A DNA stretch of 62,929 bases, the filler included, from Sphacelaria rigidula (taxonomy: Eukaryota), in the NCBI GenBank assembly GCA_964200075.2. It is 11 parts of 11 records of this genome, joined end to end, with 100 filler letters (N's around TTAATTAATTAA, not from the genome) between each part and the next. Parts side by side here need not be neighbours in the genome. Positions count along the whole stretch, not along the records: positions 34,381 to 40,010 come from CAXNAA020025729.1; positions 40,111 to 45,740 come from CAXNAA020025730.1; positions 45,841 to 51,470 come from CAXNAA020025731.1; 8 more parts are not named here. One strand, given 5' to 3'. Shown piece by piece: positions 36,384 to 49,600 of this stretch (the stretch's first letter is position 1; the number at the start of each line of letters is the position of its first letter). The notes under the pieces are model-generated. The model worked only from the letters and a program-made list of their open reading frames with translations. It did no database searches and had not been told where the DNA came from. A program made the position numbers and the translations under genes.

Positions 36384-37205
36384 CTTCCTCTGTCTCATAA
36401 GTTAGGACCGAGTTGGGGCACAGATCGTATCTCTCTGACGGAGTTGCGCACGATGCTATAGTTGGTATCATGAGAAATATATTTTCTACAGCTAGCTAGT
36501 GCAAAAAAAAGAAAAGACAAGAACGATTATTTGTATCTTATATGTTGGGTCGAAAAGTCCCCCAAAATGGCCAATTTTGGGAATTATTTTGAGATTTTTT
36601 TTGAGAATTTTTCGAAAATAGCCCACAAAAAAACATTTACATCCATCCACCTGCACACTACATCATGGACTCGCCCGTGAGTACCCCTCCGCCTCGTGAA
36701 CGCGGTAGAGAACTATCGTTGGGCCTACGTTATACCATGGTGTTCGAGATCGCCGCGGGCATTCCACCAGGCATTTCGAGGGCGCTCGCGGGCTTTTTTG
36801 GCCCTCTCGCCGAAAAGTACGGCGTAGGCGAACCATTTACTAGATGGCAGTCAAAAGAGTGCAGAGAGCAGGCAGAGGCATCTGGGGAGCTTGATCTTTC
36901 GATTGCCTCAAGGAGTGGACGCCCTTCGCATCTTACTCCGACGAAAGCCGCGGCGCTGTGGAGTGTTTTCATTCTTTCCGACCCTTTCTTGCCCCCCGGA
37001 AAAGGGGCGAAAATCGGCCATTTTTAGGCCAACTGATTTTTTTGTGCCCATTCGGTCACCTTGAGTGATGCGCGAAGAAAGAAGAAGAAAGACTGGACTT
37101 GACTAAAAAAACGCCAAAGATTTCAACAAAAAAATCGAGAAAAGAATCAGATACGATATAGGGCGTCTGTGACAAAGTCAGCCCTAACTTATGAGACAGA
37201 GGAAG
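36384..37205 (+). mobile_element. Mariner deletion derivative with perfect 23-bp TIRs, TA TSD and a transposase N-terminus (36665-~36960)
   Basis: TA|CTTCCTCTGTCTCATAAGTTAGG ... CCTAACTTATGAGACAGAGGAAG|TA. The ORF has HTH-like LAEKYGVG..W and a SGRP linker. Confidence 0.9.
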
Positions 37206-38528
37206 TATATGAAGCCCCTTGTTTAGTCCTTGTAGAACGTTTTTGTATCGTCTGTCAGATGTGGAATGCCAGAGTTTTGCGTACCCCCCTGTTTTGTCCT
37301 GTGCTGGGCTGTACTTGACCGTATCGTGTAGTTTCACGTGAAACGGGTTGGGTGCAAAATGGGTTGAGAGCGTAAGTTTTGTCTTGTGACTACGGGTAGA
37401 GTTGGAGCGGATCTGGCAATGTGCGACAGTCATTCAGGTCAATGAGCGTGAACGTTCTGGCTCATGACTCGCGTACTGTGCCGGACTGCACCTCATCATA
37501 TTTGGATCTTCGTATCAGCCTGTAAGTATACGACACGTAGTTGAAACACCTGGCTACGACAGTATTGTAAACAACCCAGGATCCGTTGGCGCTTTGTATT
37601 GCTCTACATCCTGTCGTGGAGCTGGCTGGCGGGGGTTGGCGGGTGGGCGGGTGGTGTCCAGTGAGGTATCTTCGTGCAGCAGAAGCACGACTACTCGCAT
37701 CACCGAATCCTCACAGTTATCTTACCCCTACGGAATGTTGTCATGTTCTCAGCTGGTGCTTGTAGGCATTTAGGGGGGAGGTGAGGAGGGGCGGTTGGCC
37801 ATAGTATCGGGATGCGCTCTAACGAGATTGTCGATACAGAACATGGGTGTTTTCGTCGTTCTGTCCCCCCCCAACCCCCCCCCCGGTAGTTTCGGGGCAT
37901 GCTCCAACTTATCACGTCGACGTGTACGTTCTAGGACCTCGGCGCAATTTTACGAGCACCCGTGGCTGGTTTTCGCATGGTCAGTACCATTTCCACCGGG
38001 TAAACGGTACACTCTCATTTCCACCATTGGGCACGCGGGCGAGGGACTCTCTACGCAATAGTGGATACCACAACAATACTCGTACATGTAGTACAGTCGT
38101 GCGCTGGAATTTTCCTGGTAAGATACTCGCGTACGTGAACATTATTTTCTGTACACCTAGTCATGCTACTTGGTACCAAACCGTCATGTCCGGATTACAG
38201 GGTGCGTGCGTGTGGGTGTGTTCGTCAGACTTTGAACCGTCACCCCCCCACCCCCCCGTGAGCCACCCTCCTCCACGGTACCTATCTGCCTTGCCATGCA
38301 CCATCAAGATTGGATCAGCGCCCTCGCAGCTTGTCGACCTTCACCTGTTCTTGTTTTCAATCCACGTTCTCTCGCTTTTCTCGATGAAAGCTGGTAAATG
38401 TAGATGATGACCACTGTGTTGGCATTTTGAGCTAAAAAATCAGATGAGCTCTCAGCATTCCTCCTTTTGTTTTGTTGTTGATCCGATGATATGCTGCTGT
38501 TGACTGAAAACCCCATCATGTATGCCAG

Positions 38529-38667
38529 GACAAAATGTGTAAGGTGTGCTACGAGTGCGACACGATGTTCACCATGTTCAGGCGTCGGCATCACTGCCGG
38601 GTGTGCGGGCAGATCTTTTGCCATCATTGTTCCAATCACGTCGACGGACGACCCTTGGGGATCAACG
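38529..38667 (+). CDS. FAB1: FYVE zinc-finger exon, Fab1/PIKfyve-like
   Basis: [35 protein letters not shown] contains the R(R/K)HHCR FYVE motif. CAG| and |GTGAGC boundaries. The kinase domain is not in the contig. Confidence 0.9.
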
Positions 38668-41600
38668 GTGAGCTATTGATTGATCACCTGATTGGCTAGT
38701 GATGGGCTCATGTGGTGGCTGGTTGGCTGGTTGAGTGATTGACTGATTCATTGAGTGGCTGACTGATCGACTTATTGAGAGGTCGGTGGTTTGATTGGTT
38801 CGTCGTTTCTCTCCCGTGAAGCTACATGTCCACCCGCGGTCCGAAGATATAAACGTACCTAAGGGTGCATGGACGGGAACACTTTCGCACATGTTTCAAC
38901 TCTTGGACGCGGGTTGTAACAGTACATTCTGGAGGCAGATTCTGGACGACCGAAATACCCCCAATACGACACATGGAGTCCAAACACTTTGTTGCAGTAT
39001 CTATGTGAAGATGTTTCGATAACAACGAACCATCCGCACACTGGTTCATGCCTTTTTCATCGTAAGTGTTTTCGTGGAGTGGATGATGACTGCTACATCT
39101 GTTTTGCATTTCGAGCGTTTTCGTGGAGTGGATGATGACGTACAGATCTTCCTGTACAGTTTCAACGGAGCGTGACAAGGGAATCATGAGTCTGTCGCCA
39201 CCGACTGACCGGCTGACTGAGTTGGGCATTGATGTACCCTTTTGTCAATGTCCTGGGATCGAACAGCCTCGATCCGCATGTGCAGGACATGCGCGGAGCA
39301 ACTACACGCATCTCAAAAGGCAGGGTTAAGGCTGGACCCTTCAGCTGCCCACGCGGACGGGAAGGTGGGAATAATCAAGACAGTGGAATATGACATTTTT
39401 TCGGTGTTGTAGAGGAAGTTCGTCCATGATACGTGTGGTGAATTACTGAGAATGAAACAATCGATACCCCATCATTGGTAATAGTGAGTTTCGGAAAATG
39501 TTTTCACATGTTTAGAGTCAGAGTGGAGGGGGAAAAAAGCCGGTAACGTTATACGTTTCACTATGAAGAAGATTTCAGAGTCAACTTTTCAGATTCAGAG
39601 TCCTGTTTGGAACACTCCCCTCTGAAATCCGACGTGCCTCTTCAAACTTCACAGCGGAACACCACCCCCCACCACCACTGTACCCTTGTCCGGTGAGAAC
39701 CCGGCGTGCTCTGTACTAGCTTGATAGGGGCAGACCCCCGAAAGGGTTGGCGTCGGTTGGCGATGACGCTGTAAAACACGCCACTCACTGCGTAAGCTCG
39801 GCAACCCACGTTGCCGACTTTTTTACGCGCTTCCGTTTTTTGTGCGGTAACCGTGATGGTAGTCGAGCTACATCATGTTGTGCGGCGTAGGAGAACCTCA
39901 ACTCCGCACAATGGGGATGGTCGTTTCACGTCGTGTTCAAATTGTGAGACACCTGTGAGGAAGTGTAAAAGCCGTGGCTGTCTCTGGAAGTGGCGATACC
40001 AGAAAATGAANNNNNNNNNNNNNNNNNNNNNNNNNNNNNNNNNNNNNNNNNNNNTTAATTAATTAANNNNNNNNNNNNNNNNNNNNNNNNNNNNNNNNNN
40101 NNNNNNNNNNTGGGCACCATTGCTGAAAGTGTGGGGAAAGCACTGTTTTGGGCTTGAACCTCATCTCGGAGTCAAACCTCAATTCGCACAATTGTTTGTT
40201 CACAGGAGATTTCCAGCCTTGAACTCTGTGCATTAGCAGGGACGTATTTCCAGCCGTGGCCACTACGGAGTAGCTGTGACGTGAGACCTGTGACACCACG
40301 AAACTCTCATAGCCGCAGAGCACAGCACGCGCAAACCACTCGATGAAGGTAATTCTTGCAGGAATAACGGGTCTCGTCCCGCGTCCTTCCTCTCCTTAAC
40401 TCTTCACGAAAGCGACACGGTTCTTCACGACCATTCGACACTTCGAAACGACGGCAGAAGAGACAACTCTAAGATCTCGGCTTCATCTATGGACCGGCCC
40501 CTGGTGGCAGAAAATACAAACACAGTCGACCCCCAAACTCAAACAAACCATGTCCGAACTCTTCAATCGCAAAACGTCCGCAGCCCAACTGAATTACAAC
40601 GGAGTTCTCGAACACATACGGGTGACCGTAGCGGACCCCGCCCCCCTCCCACCACCGAATAAAAGGAAAGCACTGTCCGTGATCCATTGCCACATATCGA
40701 CCTCAACACAATTCGAGGGGCAGTCGGAGGAGCCGCTGCCGGTCGTTTTTCGCGAAAGGGCGCGAAAAGTAGTCCATATGTGTACAACACGCACAGCACA
40801 AACAATGCCAGCGTAGTTCAGTTACTCCTTGTAAGCCAGTATGTTTTGGTCCTTCAGGGGGGGCACGGGTGTTTTCGCTGCCACCCAACCTCGTCGTGGG
40901 TCGACTCTTACACCCACCTCTTTTGCCAGACGCCCGCCTCTTTTTTCGAACTGGTCAATCTGCTGCACGTTGGCCAACCAACAAGTACTCAACGCCCTGG
41001 AAGGACAAAAGTTTGCTTTGAACGGCTGAACGCAATGGAACCCGTGTTCGTGTAGGCATACCAAAACACGCAATACTGCAAACATCACATGAAAGGGCCT
41101 TCACAATCTAAACACCTTACATACCTGCAGTCCGGTCGAGAAATCTCCCTTAGAAGCGTGTATATTTATGTATCACAGATTTTCTTCAACTCCTTTCCCG
41201 AAATATCCATGTATGTAGTGTCCATGTACTGTTTGTCTATTCCTGTCGCACCCGCTGGCTTGTTGTCATACTACCCCGCGGCACTAAGTTGCCAGAAAGG
41301 CTCTCATGTTTCAAACGATACGAGGATGCCCAAGCATCATCCGTGTGCAAGCCGCTCCGTGGACATCAAACAGCTCCGCGGATAGATAGATGGGGTGCTC
41401 CAGCAGACCCGTAGAACAGCACCACGCATTGATCCCTTTTTACCGTAAATATCGTCTCTTGATCCACGCTTGCTCAGTGCACGGTGACCGGTGGTAAACT
41501 TCTCGCAACCCCTAACGTAACCCCGCCATGGCCGCGACGTATTTCGATACCGTACTCGCAACAGCATCCGTACGCGGAGGCCAAGTCACCAAACATCTGG

Positions 41601-43181
41601 ATTGGGTACCACATACATGGACACAAAGTGTCGATACCTTTCCTGTCGAAAAGGGTGACAGAGCGCCTCGTCCGCCCGCGTCGCGGGGGCAAACCCAACA
41701 CTACGACATAATAAACCACAACAAATATCTATCCTCAAAACAAAAATCAATTGTGAAACCACCTACGCCTTCGATTTCTTCTGCCGAATCGATCATACCA
41801 GAAACATTTCTTCACGCCCGTGGAGCGGCGCCTCGTGTGAAGAAAAAAATGAATCGACAGATCTTCTAGCTTTCGGCATCCTATTTAACTTGCAGACTGC
41901 TCCAATAGACTTCCCCCCGCCTGCGCCATAGACACTCACGAGCAAGCAATTACCCAACTATTAACCGTTACTACTTCACCGGTATTACAGTTGGGTAAGG
42001 GTGGCAAAATCGCTTCCATACTACTACTGCCAAATATACTGATGGATAGTGGCCAAAAGCCATCTTGTGGCTTCCGGTGTAAAGTTTATCAGACGATATT
42101 CATCTACAGCAGATCGTTGAACAGGTTTACAATGCCGGTGCGTCCTGCAAGCAACACCGCGAAAATCTCATCGCACAATTCAAAGAAGAAAACCGGGTTT
42201 GCGTGGGTTTGCTCCAGGGGCGGTCTACGAAGTAGTGACTTGGATGCAATCGCCTACAAAAGGTAAGCTCAGAGAAAACCACGCAGGGTTTTTCCGGGTT
42301 TGTCTAGTAGAACACACAACACTGCTACTATTGCTGCTACTACTACCGAAGCTCATGAAAGACCGCTCAATGAAGGATCAAGCGTAAAGTTGGGAAGCAA
42401 CGTTTTGGCGTTAGGCGCCTTCCGTGTTGTTCTCTATTGCACGGCTATATGTCCTGTACCAGAGAAGCAATGGCCTTACTCACATACAAGAACGTGACCT
42501 ACACAAGAAACGATGGTACTGACACGGTTGAAGAGACCAATTCAGATCCCTCTAATTGACGTTGGAGGGGAGGGGGGGCGGAAAGTTGCTTTTCATCCAT
42601 CAGCGAATAATAGTGTGTCGTGCATGTACGTAAATTCACTCTACAATGTACTCCGTATTTGATATCCTCCGACACCTTCGGCCTACTGGATGATAATATG
42701 TGAATACAATTTACTACAGTCAGGGCAGTGTAACAGCATACGCTTCTATTTAGTATCAATAACTACGTTATTTCAATGTCAAATCACTAACTACTTGGTT
42801 GAGAGTAGTATCGGAAACTAATTGAGGCCAATGTACTCGCTTTCCGTAGCGTAGTCACAACAGAGACCAACTCGAAGTCAGTGTTGTCTTTATAACCACT
42901 TGACTTGAACTCAACGACAAACGGCTGACTCATGTTTGTGTGGTCGTTTTGTCAACTTTTAGAATCCAAAATAAGCTTGTTCTCCAGGAGGGAGGGGGGG
43001 GAGAGGGGCTCCAAACTTCCAGCTCACGTAACGTTTTGGTACAACATCAACTCTTGGGCCACAAAGCGGTGTTTTCGGCCTGTGTTTCGCATATCTGTTC
43101 GAAGCGTGCTTGTTGGGTTCCAGAGAATAACTCACTAACCGAACGTTTGTTCGGTCATGTTCCAAAATCTACGCATTACCA

Positions 43182-43289
43182 CTACCAGAATGAGGGGTAT
43201 GTGCGCCGGGGAGACACGTTCGTCACGAGCACTGCCACGGCAACGTGAATCTGGACACCTATGATGACCGACACCACCAGCATTGCCAT
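43182..43289 (-). CDS. Last exon of an HPP-family membrane protein
   Basis: CAG acceptor. MAMLVVSVIIGVQIHVAVAVLVTNVSPRRTYPSFW* has the typical HPP C-terminus (YP-x-x-W). Confidence 0.85.
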   Translation of the reverse strand: MAMLVVSVIIGVQIHVAVAVLVTNVSPRRTYPSFW

Positions 43290-43932
43290 CTGTTGAGAAT
43301 GGCACCACCACCACCAGGAGCAGGAGCATGAACAGCGTATCAATGAAGCACAAGAGGAGAGAAATGGTGAAAACGGGGAGGGAGGCGAACGGCGTAGGGT
43401 CAAATCTGCAAAAATGTGTTCGTGTGCAACACATGCAACCATATGATTATATGATCCACTAAAGGAGTGATTGTCCCACAATAAGTGATCCCCTACGGCC
43501 GAGGCATCCAGCCGTGGCCACAAGGTAGACGGATCTGAGGTATGCGCACGGAAAATCTCGTCGTGGAGGAACACTCGAGTAGAAATGAACAAAACCAGAA
43601 CCCCCTTGAAAATTCCAAGCAATGAGAAAGCGTCTGATGCCGGGCTATAGAGCGGCCCCGTCTGTCCCTACTGTTGCGCGTGATTGTGACCGACGCAATT
43701 GCCGGCACGCACGCAGCTTTTTTTTTTCTCATGCGTTTGTACTACCATATCTACACACGTGACGTTTGAGTCAAAGTGAAAGTTCCCCTCGACAGGAACA
43801 GGGTATCAGCAAACTTCACGCGTTTTCGCCAGAACGCTTCGCACGTGCGTTACTGTTAGAGATGTACCACTTGCGCACTGGGTTACATCTCCCACCAAAA
43901 CACGCGTGTCTAGCAACCACAACATGACTGAC

Positions 43933-44103
43933 CCTCTCGTCTGAGAAGCCTGTGTTGTACGCTCCTAGGAACACCAGGGACAGCGCGCCGGCGGGCGGAT
44001 GAACGATTCGAAGAAGAGACATGCTCACGACCACGCAGGCCACGGTGAAGGCTTGCTGCAGCCACACCAACTGGCCCCGGTCGAACACGCACATCGCCAC
44101 CAT
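43933..44103 (-). CDS. HPP-family exon containing the HPPAGA motif
   Basis: SMSLLRIVHPPAGALSLVF. Phase-0 boundaries, 57 codons. Confidence 0.92.
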
Positions 44104-45307
44104 CTGACACACACAGACACACAGCCGGAACCGAGACACTCAACTACGAATGCTTCTAGAGAGAAAAAACAAACAAATGCTTGTTACTCGCTTGACTTAC
44201 ACTAACGGATCTCCGAGGGACCAAACCGCGGCCTCAAAAACAACTTGTGGAACAAGATGGAAAAACATTTGAACGAATTAACGATGAAGCGAGGAACCAA
44301 AGACATATGCCAGATTTGTACAACAGGGGAAGAGAGCGAGCGAAGCATTTTGGGATCTCCTGGACATGTTTTGGGTCCAAAAGAGGTTCAATGTTCATCA
44401 TGGTACAGTGCCTTCAACTCCTGTCCCGCGATCGGCCGAAACAGCTGTACCCTCCGCAATGGCGACAAAAGTTGGTGATGTTACCGTTTCCCTCGACTTT
44501 TTTGCAAGACATACATCTAAAACCTGACGATCCAGTCAACCTGGCGAACTTTCCACAAGATTCTGGCGCCACCGAAAATGCGATAGTGACAAAACGACGT
44601 TGGTCGCACGCTATCAATCTCGCCCGGCACTCTAGACATGGCCAAATATGCCCCAGCTGGAACCAAATAAGCATGGCCTGAAACGTCGTTTTCATAAAAG
44701 ATGGATAGAGTTTCCCCGTCAACTCGCAAAAGACAAATGTCTTGCTGTCTCAAAATTTTTCATTATTACTTTGCCCTTTTGATACTTCATACCAAGGTTG
44801 GAGGTCTGTGACTCTCAAATTTGAGGTGTGGATGGCCCTACAACCTGCAGATCCGCTCCTCGGCTGCCCCAGCTCACACTGATACTGAACAAAGTAGCCA
44901 GTACTGCCAGTACTTTTCCATTTTCATTCGTTCTACTATAACGTATATCAGTGATACCTCTTATCCAGAACTAGAGAAATGCTAGACGACGTAACTCGAA
45001 ACACGTCAGGAGCTTCGAACTAACGGGTCTCGTTTATCGAGCGATAACACTTTTTCGTTTGTTGACGCACTTGCCCTCGCCTCTTCCGATGACAACTTCA
45101 TAACCTCAGGGGATTAACCCATCGCTCCGCCACCAAATGTACCTGCCTTGCACTCTAGTATCGAGCACAGGACTAGCACTCGCACAGACCACCCGCCAAA
45201 TTCCATCGGCTGTAAACGGTTCCATCCACACACATCTCTCTACTACAGCATGATGGAGAACGGAGAGCAGCACTCCCCAGTCGTGCACAACAATTGAAGA
45301 AGCTCAC

Positions 45308-45433
45308 AGAAAACGCGATGGCCAAGCCGTGCGCAAAGATGATGATCCGCGGTTGGGCAAGAAATGCTGCGGGCGACGCGTACACCAGCGTGGAGAGGGC
45401 TCCGAAAGATCCTGACAGAATAAACAGATCCTC
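45308..45433 (-). CDS. HPP-family exon
   Basis: LSGSFGALSTLVYASPAAFLAQPR matches the family motif SFGA...P..PLAQPR. GTGAGC donor, 42 codons. Confidence 0.9.
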
Positions 45434-46460
45434 CTTCATGCAGTCACGAGGGGAGGAGAACGACGAGAAGGACACAGGGCATACAATCACCAGAGTGAAC
45501 AAACTAGTTCATTGCTTTGGTCGAGAACGAAGCCGACAGATGGAACGAGCACATCGCGCAAAGACATGTCGAAGTTATGATGAATACCGCATTGCGCGGG
45601 CTCGCTCTACCCGAGGTTTATCGAGCGAATACTTCACGGTTAGGACGAATCATCGCGACTAAGAATCACCAAATCCACTATTTCTTCGGCCTGATTGCCC
45701 AAAAGGGAGACAAAAATTGACCGCTGGGCCAAGGCGTCTCNNNNNNNNNNNNNNNNNNNNNNNNNNNNNNNNNNNNNNNNNNNNTTAATTAATTAANNNN
45801 NNNNNNNNNNNNNNNNNNNNNNNNNNNNNNNNNNNNNNNNCAACTTCACGTTCCCCTCCCATACTTCTCTCTCCAGGGGGGGGGGGGGATCCTGTTTATC
45901 ATGTTATAAGTGGCTCTACGGAAAACAGACACAATATGTCGTTGTTCTTTCGAGGCTTATCGTGTATCTTCTTCGTTGCTTGTTTTCACTTCACAGAGTA
46001 TGTACGGCCCTTCGCTACCCTTCCGAAATTCGTATTCTTTCACCATTGGTTGGTCCTCGTCGTTTTTCAAAAGCAACAACCAAAACGCTTTTTTGTGTCA
46101 TCCCCTGATAGATCCAACCCTAAAGCCGCCGCGCCCCGGCGGTGTGATGGTCCGACTACTGCCGTTAGGGTGGAGAGAACAAGGGTTCCATTCCCGATGC
46201 GTTGGTTTTTTCTTCGTAATATCTGATTTCCACCGTGGAAAGCGTGAGAACGTGGGTAAAAAAAATTGTCTACCGAGTTAGTTTGACGTTAGTTGACGCG
46301 GTGCGGGAGTGCTGACCCAACCCGCGAGACCAAAATAGAAGGCGTGTACCGGAAGAGAGAGGGGTTGATCCCTTAAGACCACGGGTTCGTCCCGAGGAAG
46401 GGAAGGGGTTCAAAGTGCGACAAGAAAAAAAATGTTTATATTTTATCCCTTCTCTCTCAC

Positions 46461-46681
46461 CCTTGTAATTCTTGCTGCTTGTCCCCCCCAACGCCGGAAC
46501 GATCATCGCGCATGACCCTGCTCGGACCGTTAGGATGGGTCCCCATCCACAGCTCCGCGTAGGTCTGAGTTTGTTCCACCTGGAACGTCTCATTTTCCTC
46601 ATGCTTGAGCTGCGCAACTTTGCTGTCGAAGCCCCGCTTGCCCCATGCATACCTCTGTATGGCGGTGTGCAGCCGCTTCAT
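46461..46681 (-). CDS. MPI: First coding exon of a type I mannose-6-phosphate isomerase
   Basis: IQRYAWGK...YAELWMGTHPNGPS signature, GTGAGA donor. Confidence 0.93.
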
Positions 46682-49600
46682 CGTAGGTCAAAGCTGTTTG
46701 CCTTCACATATTCATGCGAGGGGGAAATATGCAGACGTAATAGCAGAGAAGTAAATGTTGGATATGAATTGATTCGCTCAGCACTTAGCCCCACAATACA
46801 ACCTTTGGCCCTACTTCTCTGCTCGTTGCTATTGTACCTACCCCTTATCCCCTTGGGGGACTCTGCTGTTAGCTAATTGTACACACGTACATCAGATCAA
46901 AATCTTTAGACGATGAAGTAGAGTCGAAACGTTCGTTTTTGGTTCCCTATATGTTCCACGTCCTACTCGCGTACTGTTCCCACAAACTACGCACTCACAG
47001 TCCCGACAAGTCTACACGCTGCCCTATCGCTTAACGCTCCATCACCCCTGCAATATTCACTGAGATTTACGGTATTTTGACCAACAGAAGGCCAACATGG
47101 TGGACGTACGTCATGGAAATGTTTCCGTGACGTACATCCATGTAAAACGTCAATGAAACACAACGTAAAGGTAGTGAAAAGCCACAGAATGTCTTACGTT
47201 GCCAAGATAGTCGGAACAATGAATACCATCGACCGTGGAGGCGGAGACTTGTGTCAGCAGCTGTTGTTACTGGCAATACGTCGTTTTTTCAAGAACACAA
47301 TGACCCAATGTCATCCTGTCGATATGGTCAAGCGACTTGCGATTCAAAACCCCTCCCTCCTCGGGATAATTCTGTGGCTGGAAGAGACCGATCAACCTAT
47401 CAACATATATTTACCCTATACCTTCCTAGCACGTCATTATCGAGAAGTGGGTCAACATTTCTGTAGCTCATCCACTCTGATAGAAATATTCTGCCAACTC
47501 GCTTCAGCGTCGTACTAAGAGCTTCGTGATCGGCCCCGAGCAAACTGAGTTTTCAAACCCACGCGTTTTGGCTCAACCGTGAGAAAATTGGTCAATGCAA
47601 TCCACACTAGCTGCCAAACTCGTACCCAGTCCTGAGCGCTTTAATTCGTCATTTCCTTCTGTTCCCTCCCAGCCCTAAGCATTACCCCAGCTGACCTCAA
47701 AAAGTCCAAGGCCTTAAAACCGGTGCACCTCTACCTTCAAATTAATTACCGTTTACTGACCAAGTAATCACTCTCTGTATAGTGTACCAAAACATATTAG
47801 GTGCTTCCTTGTATAATAGTACTATATACTTGTACTTCCTCGAATATGACAGTATAATCCGAAGCAAGTGAATATATATTATTATATATAATATATATAT
47901 CCATAAAAACAGGAATGACCAATAATAATAATTTTATTATTGATTAATTTAATCAAAGATTGTTTGAGGATGGATGGTTGGATGGTTGATTTATTTTTTT
48001 GAGCAAGGGAAAGACAATATGAATGCTTCCCGTAGATGTCGATAAAGTTTTAAAAGCAAATCACGATGGGAAAACATGGTCGTTTTCGTTACAATTTCAA
48101 CCCCTCTCCTTCCCCAAGACGAGTTCGTCTTCTCAAGGGATCAACCCAGCCCTCCCTCGGTACACGCGTTACATTTTGGACTCGCAGTTGGATTAGTACT
48201 CTCGTACCGCGTCGGCTCTGGTCAAACAAACCTTTTTTGCTTGTCACGTACGTCCTCACGCTTTTAACCCTTAGACAGCGAGAGTAGGCCATCTGTTGAG
48301 TCGGCATCAATTTCACTTGAAAAAAGTATGCATGGTCCTTAAAGACTACCCTCGCGGTCTAAGGGTTAAGGACGAAAATCAGATACTTCGAGGAAAACAT
48401 CCAAACGCATATGGCGAGAATCGAACCCGCGTTTTCCCCACCTCAATGGTGTCAGTTCTACCATTAGACCGGGGCGCAGCGAAATTGGGGTGGGGCTGTT
48501 GGTGAGAACCTCTCTAACATCATCCGTTTGTTCCTGGAAACAGCATCACCCAACCCAAAGTTCTGACAAAAAAAAGATGGGGCGCTGTGTGTTCCCTTCT
48601 TCCGTGGGAATGAACCGCGTCCGTGCGCGAAAGGAAAAACATGAAACAACGACGTGTCATGTCAGGTATTAGCAGCACCTTGCAGCCGTGTTTAGACCCT
48701 CCAAGACACACGTCTCTTGAATTGCGTGAGTAGCAGGGACTCGTGTTGGCATCTGCACACGCAATGCAAGATACCCTCCTAAAAAAACGCGAGCGACCCT
48801 GTCACTGGAGTCCTCGTGAGGACACCTCTCCATACACGCACATGCAGAGCACCTCTACGTACATGCATATGCCCGGATATGAGGTATAGATTCTTGAGCA
48901 TACACTTTTGCGAAACCGATGAACCGAGAAAGGAAAGGCTATTCGTGTGAATGTAACCCCAATAGACTCCTGGATTTTCGATCACACATGTTGCGTGGAG
49001 AGGGTTCGAACAGGTTACTGTTCGCTGCGCGCTATGTGTAGCCCTGGGAGCTCAGTCGAGGAGTGCCTTGCTCGATCAGTCAACATGAGTGATTCCATAT
49101 AATCGAAGAACGCGGCCTTCTCCATTGCTACTCTAGCAGCAGTGACTTGCACCAACCACGCGCGTCACATTGTACGAAAAACTGAGCAGGTATGCTCGCT
49201 CCCTGCTCGCGCCAGAGGTTCAACCGGTAAGCTACGACAGTCGGTTCGACTCTTGTTCTAGCAAGCACAGTACAAAACCCGTGATTTGTTCCACTCCAAA
49301 GCTGCAGCGACTCGTTGCCTGAACCAACAATCTCTCAATAACAACACGATAAGACAACTACGAGGCCATAGATCCACACCAAGGACACATCCAGAGCCCA
49401 CTCCTTGATATACTGCTTTACTTCTTGTAACCCACCTACCTGCACCACCTACTGCGGCCAGGCGCTTTCGAGAGTTGCTCCTCATGGGATCGTCTAGAGT
49501 GTTTTGACACGCCTCTTCACTCCCCTGGTTTCAGGAGGTCGAAGCCAACCTTCAACGCTCTTCAAGGGTCAACTAACCGAGAGCAGCCGGAAGTCCCAAT

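Noticed and set aside
40111..41088. Possible KDZ/Zisupton or other transposase remnant
   Set aside because: Catalytic motifs could not be identified convincingly.
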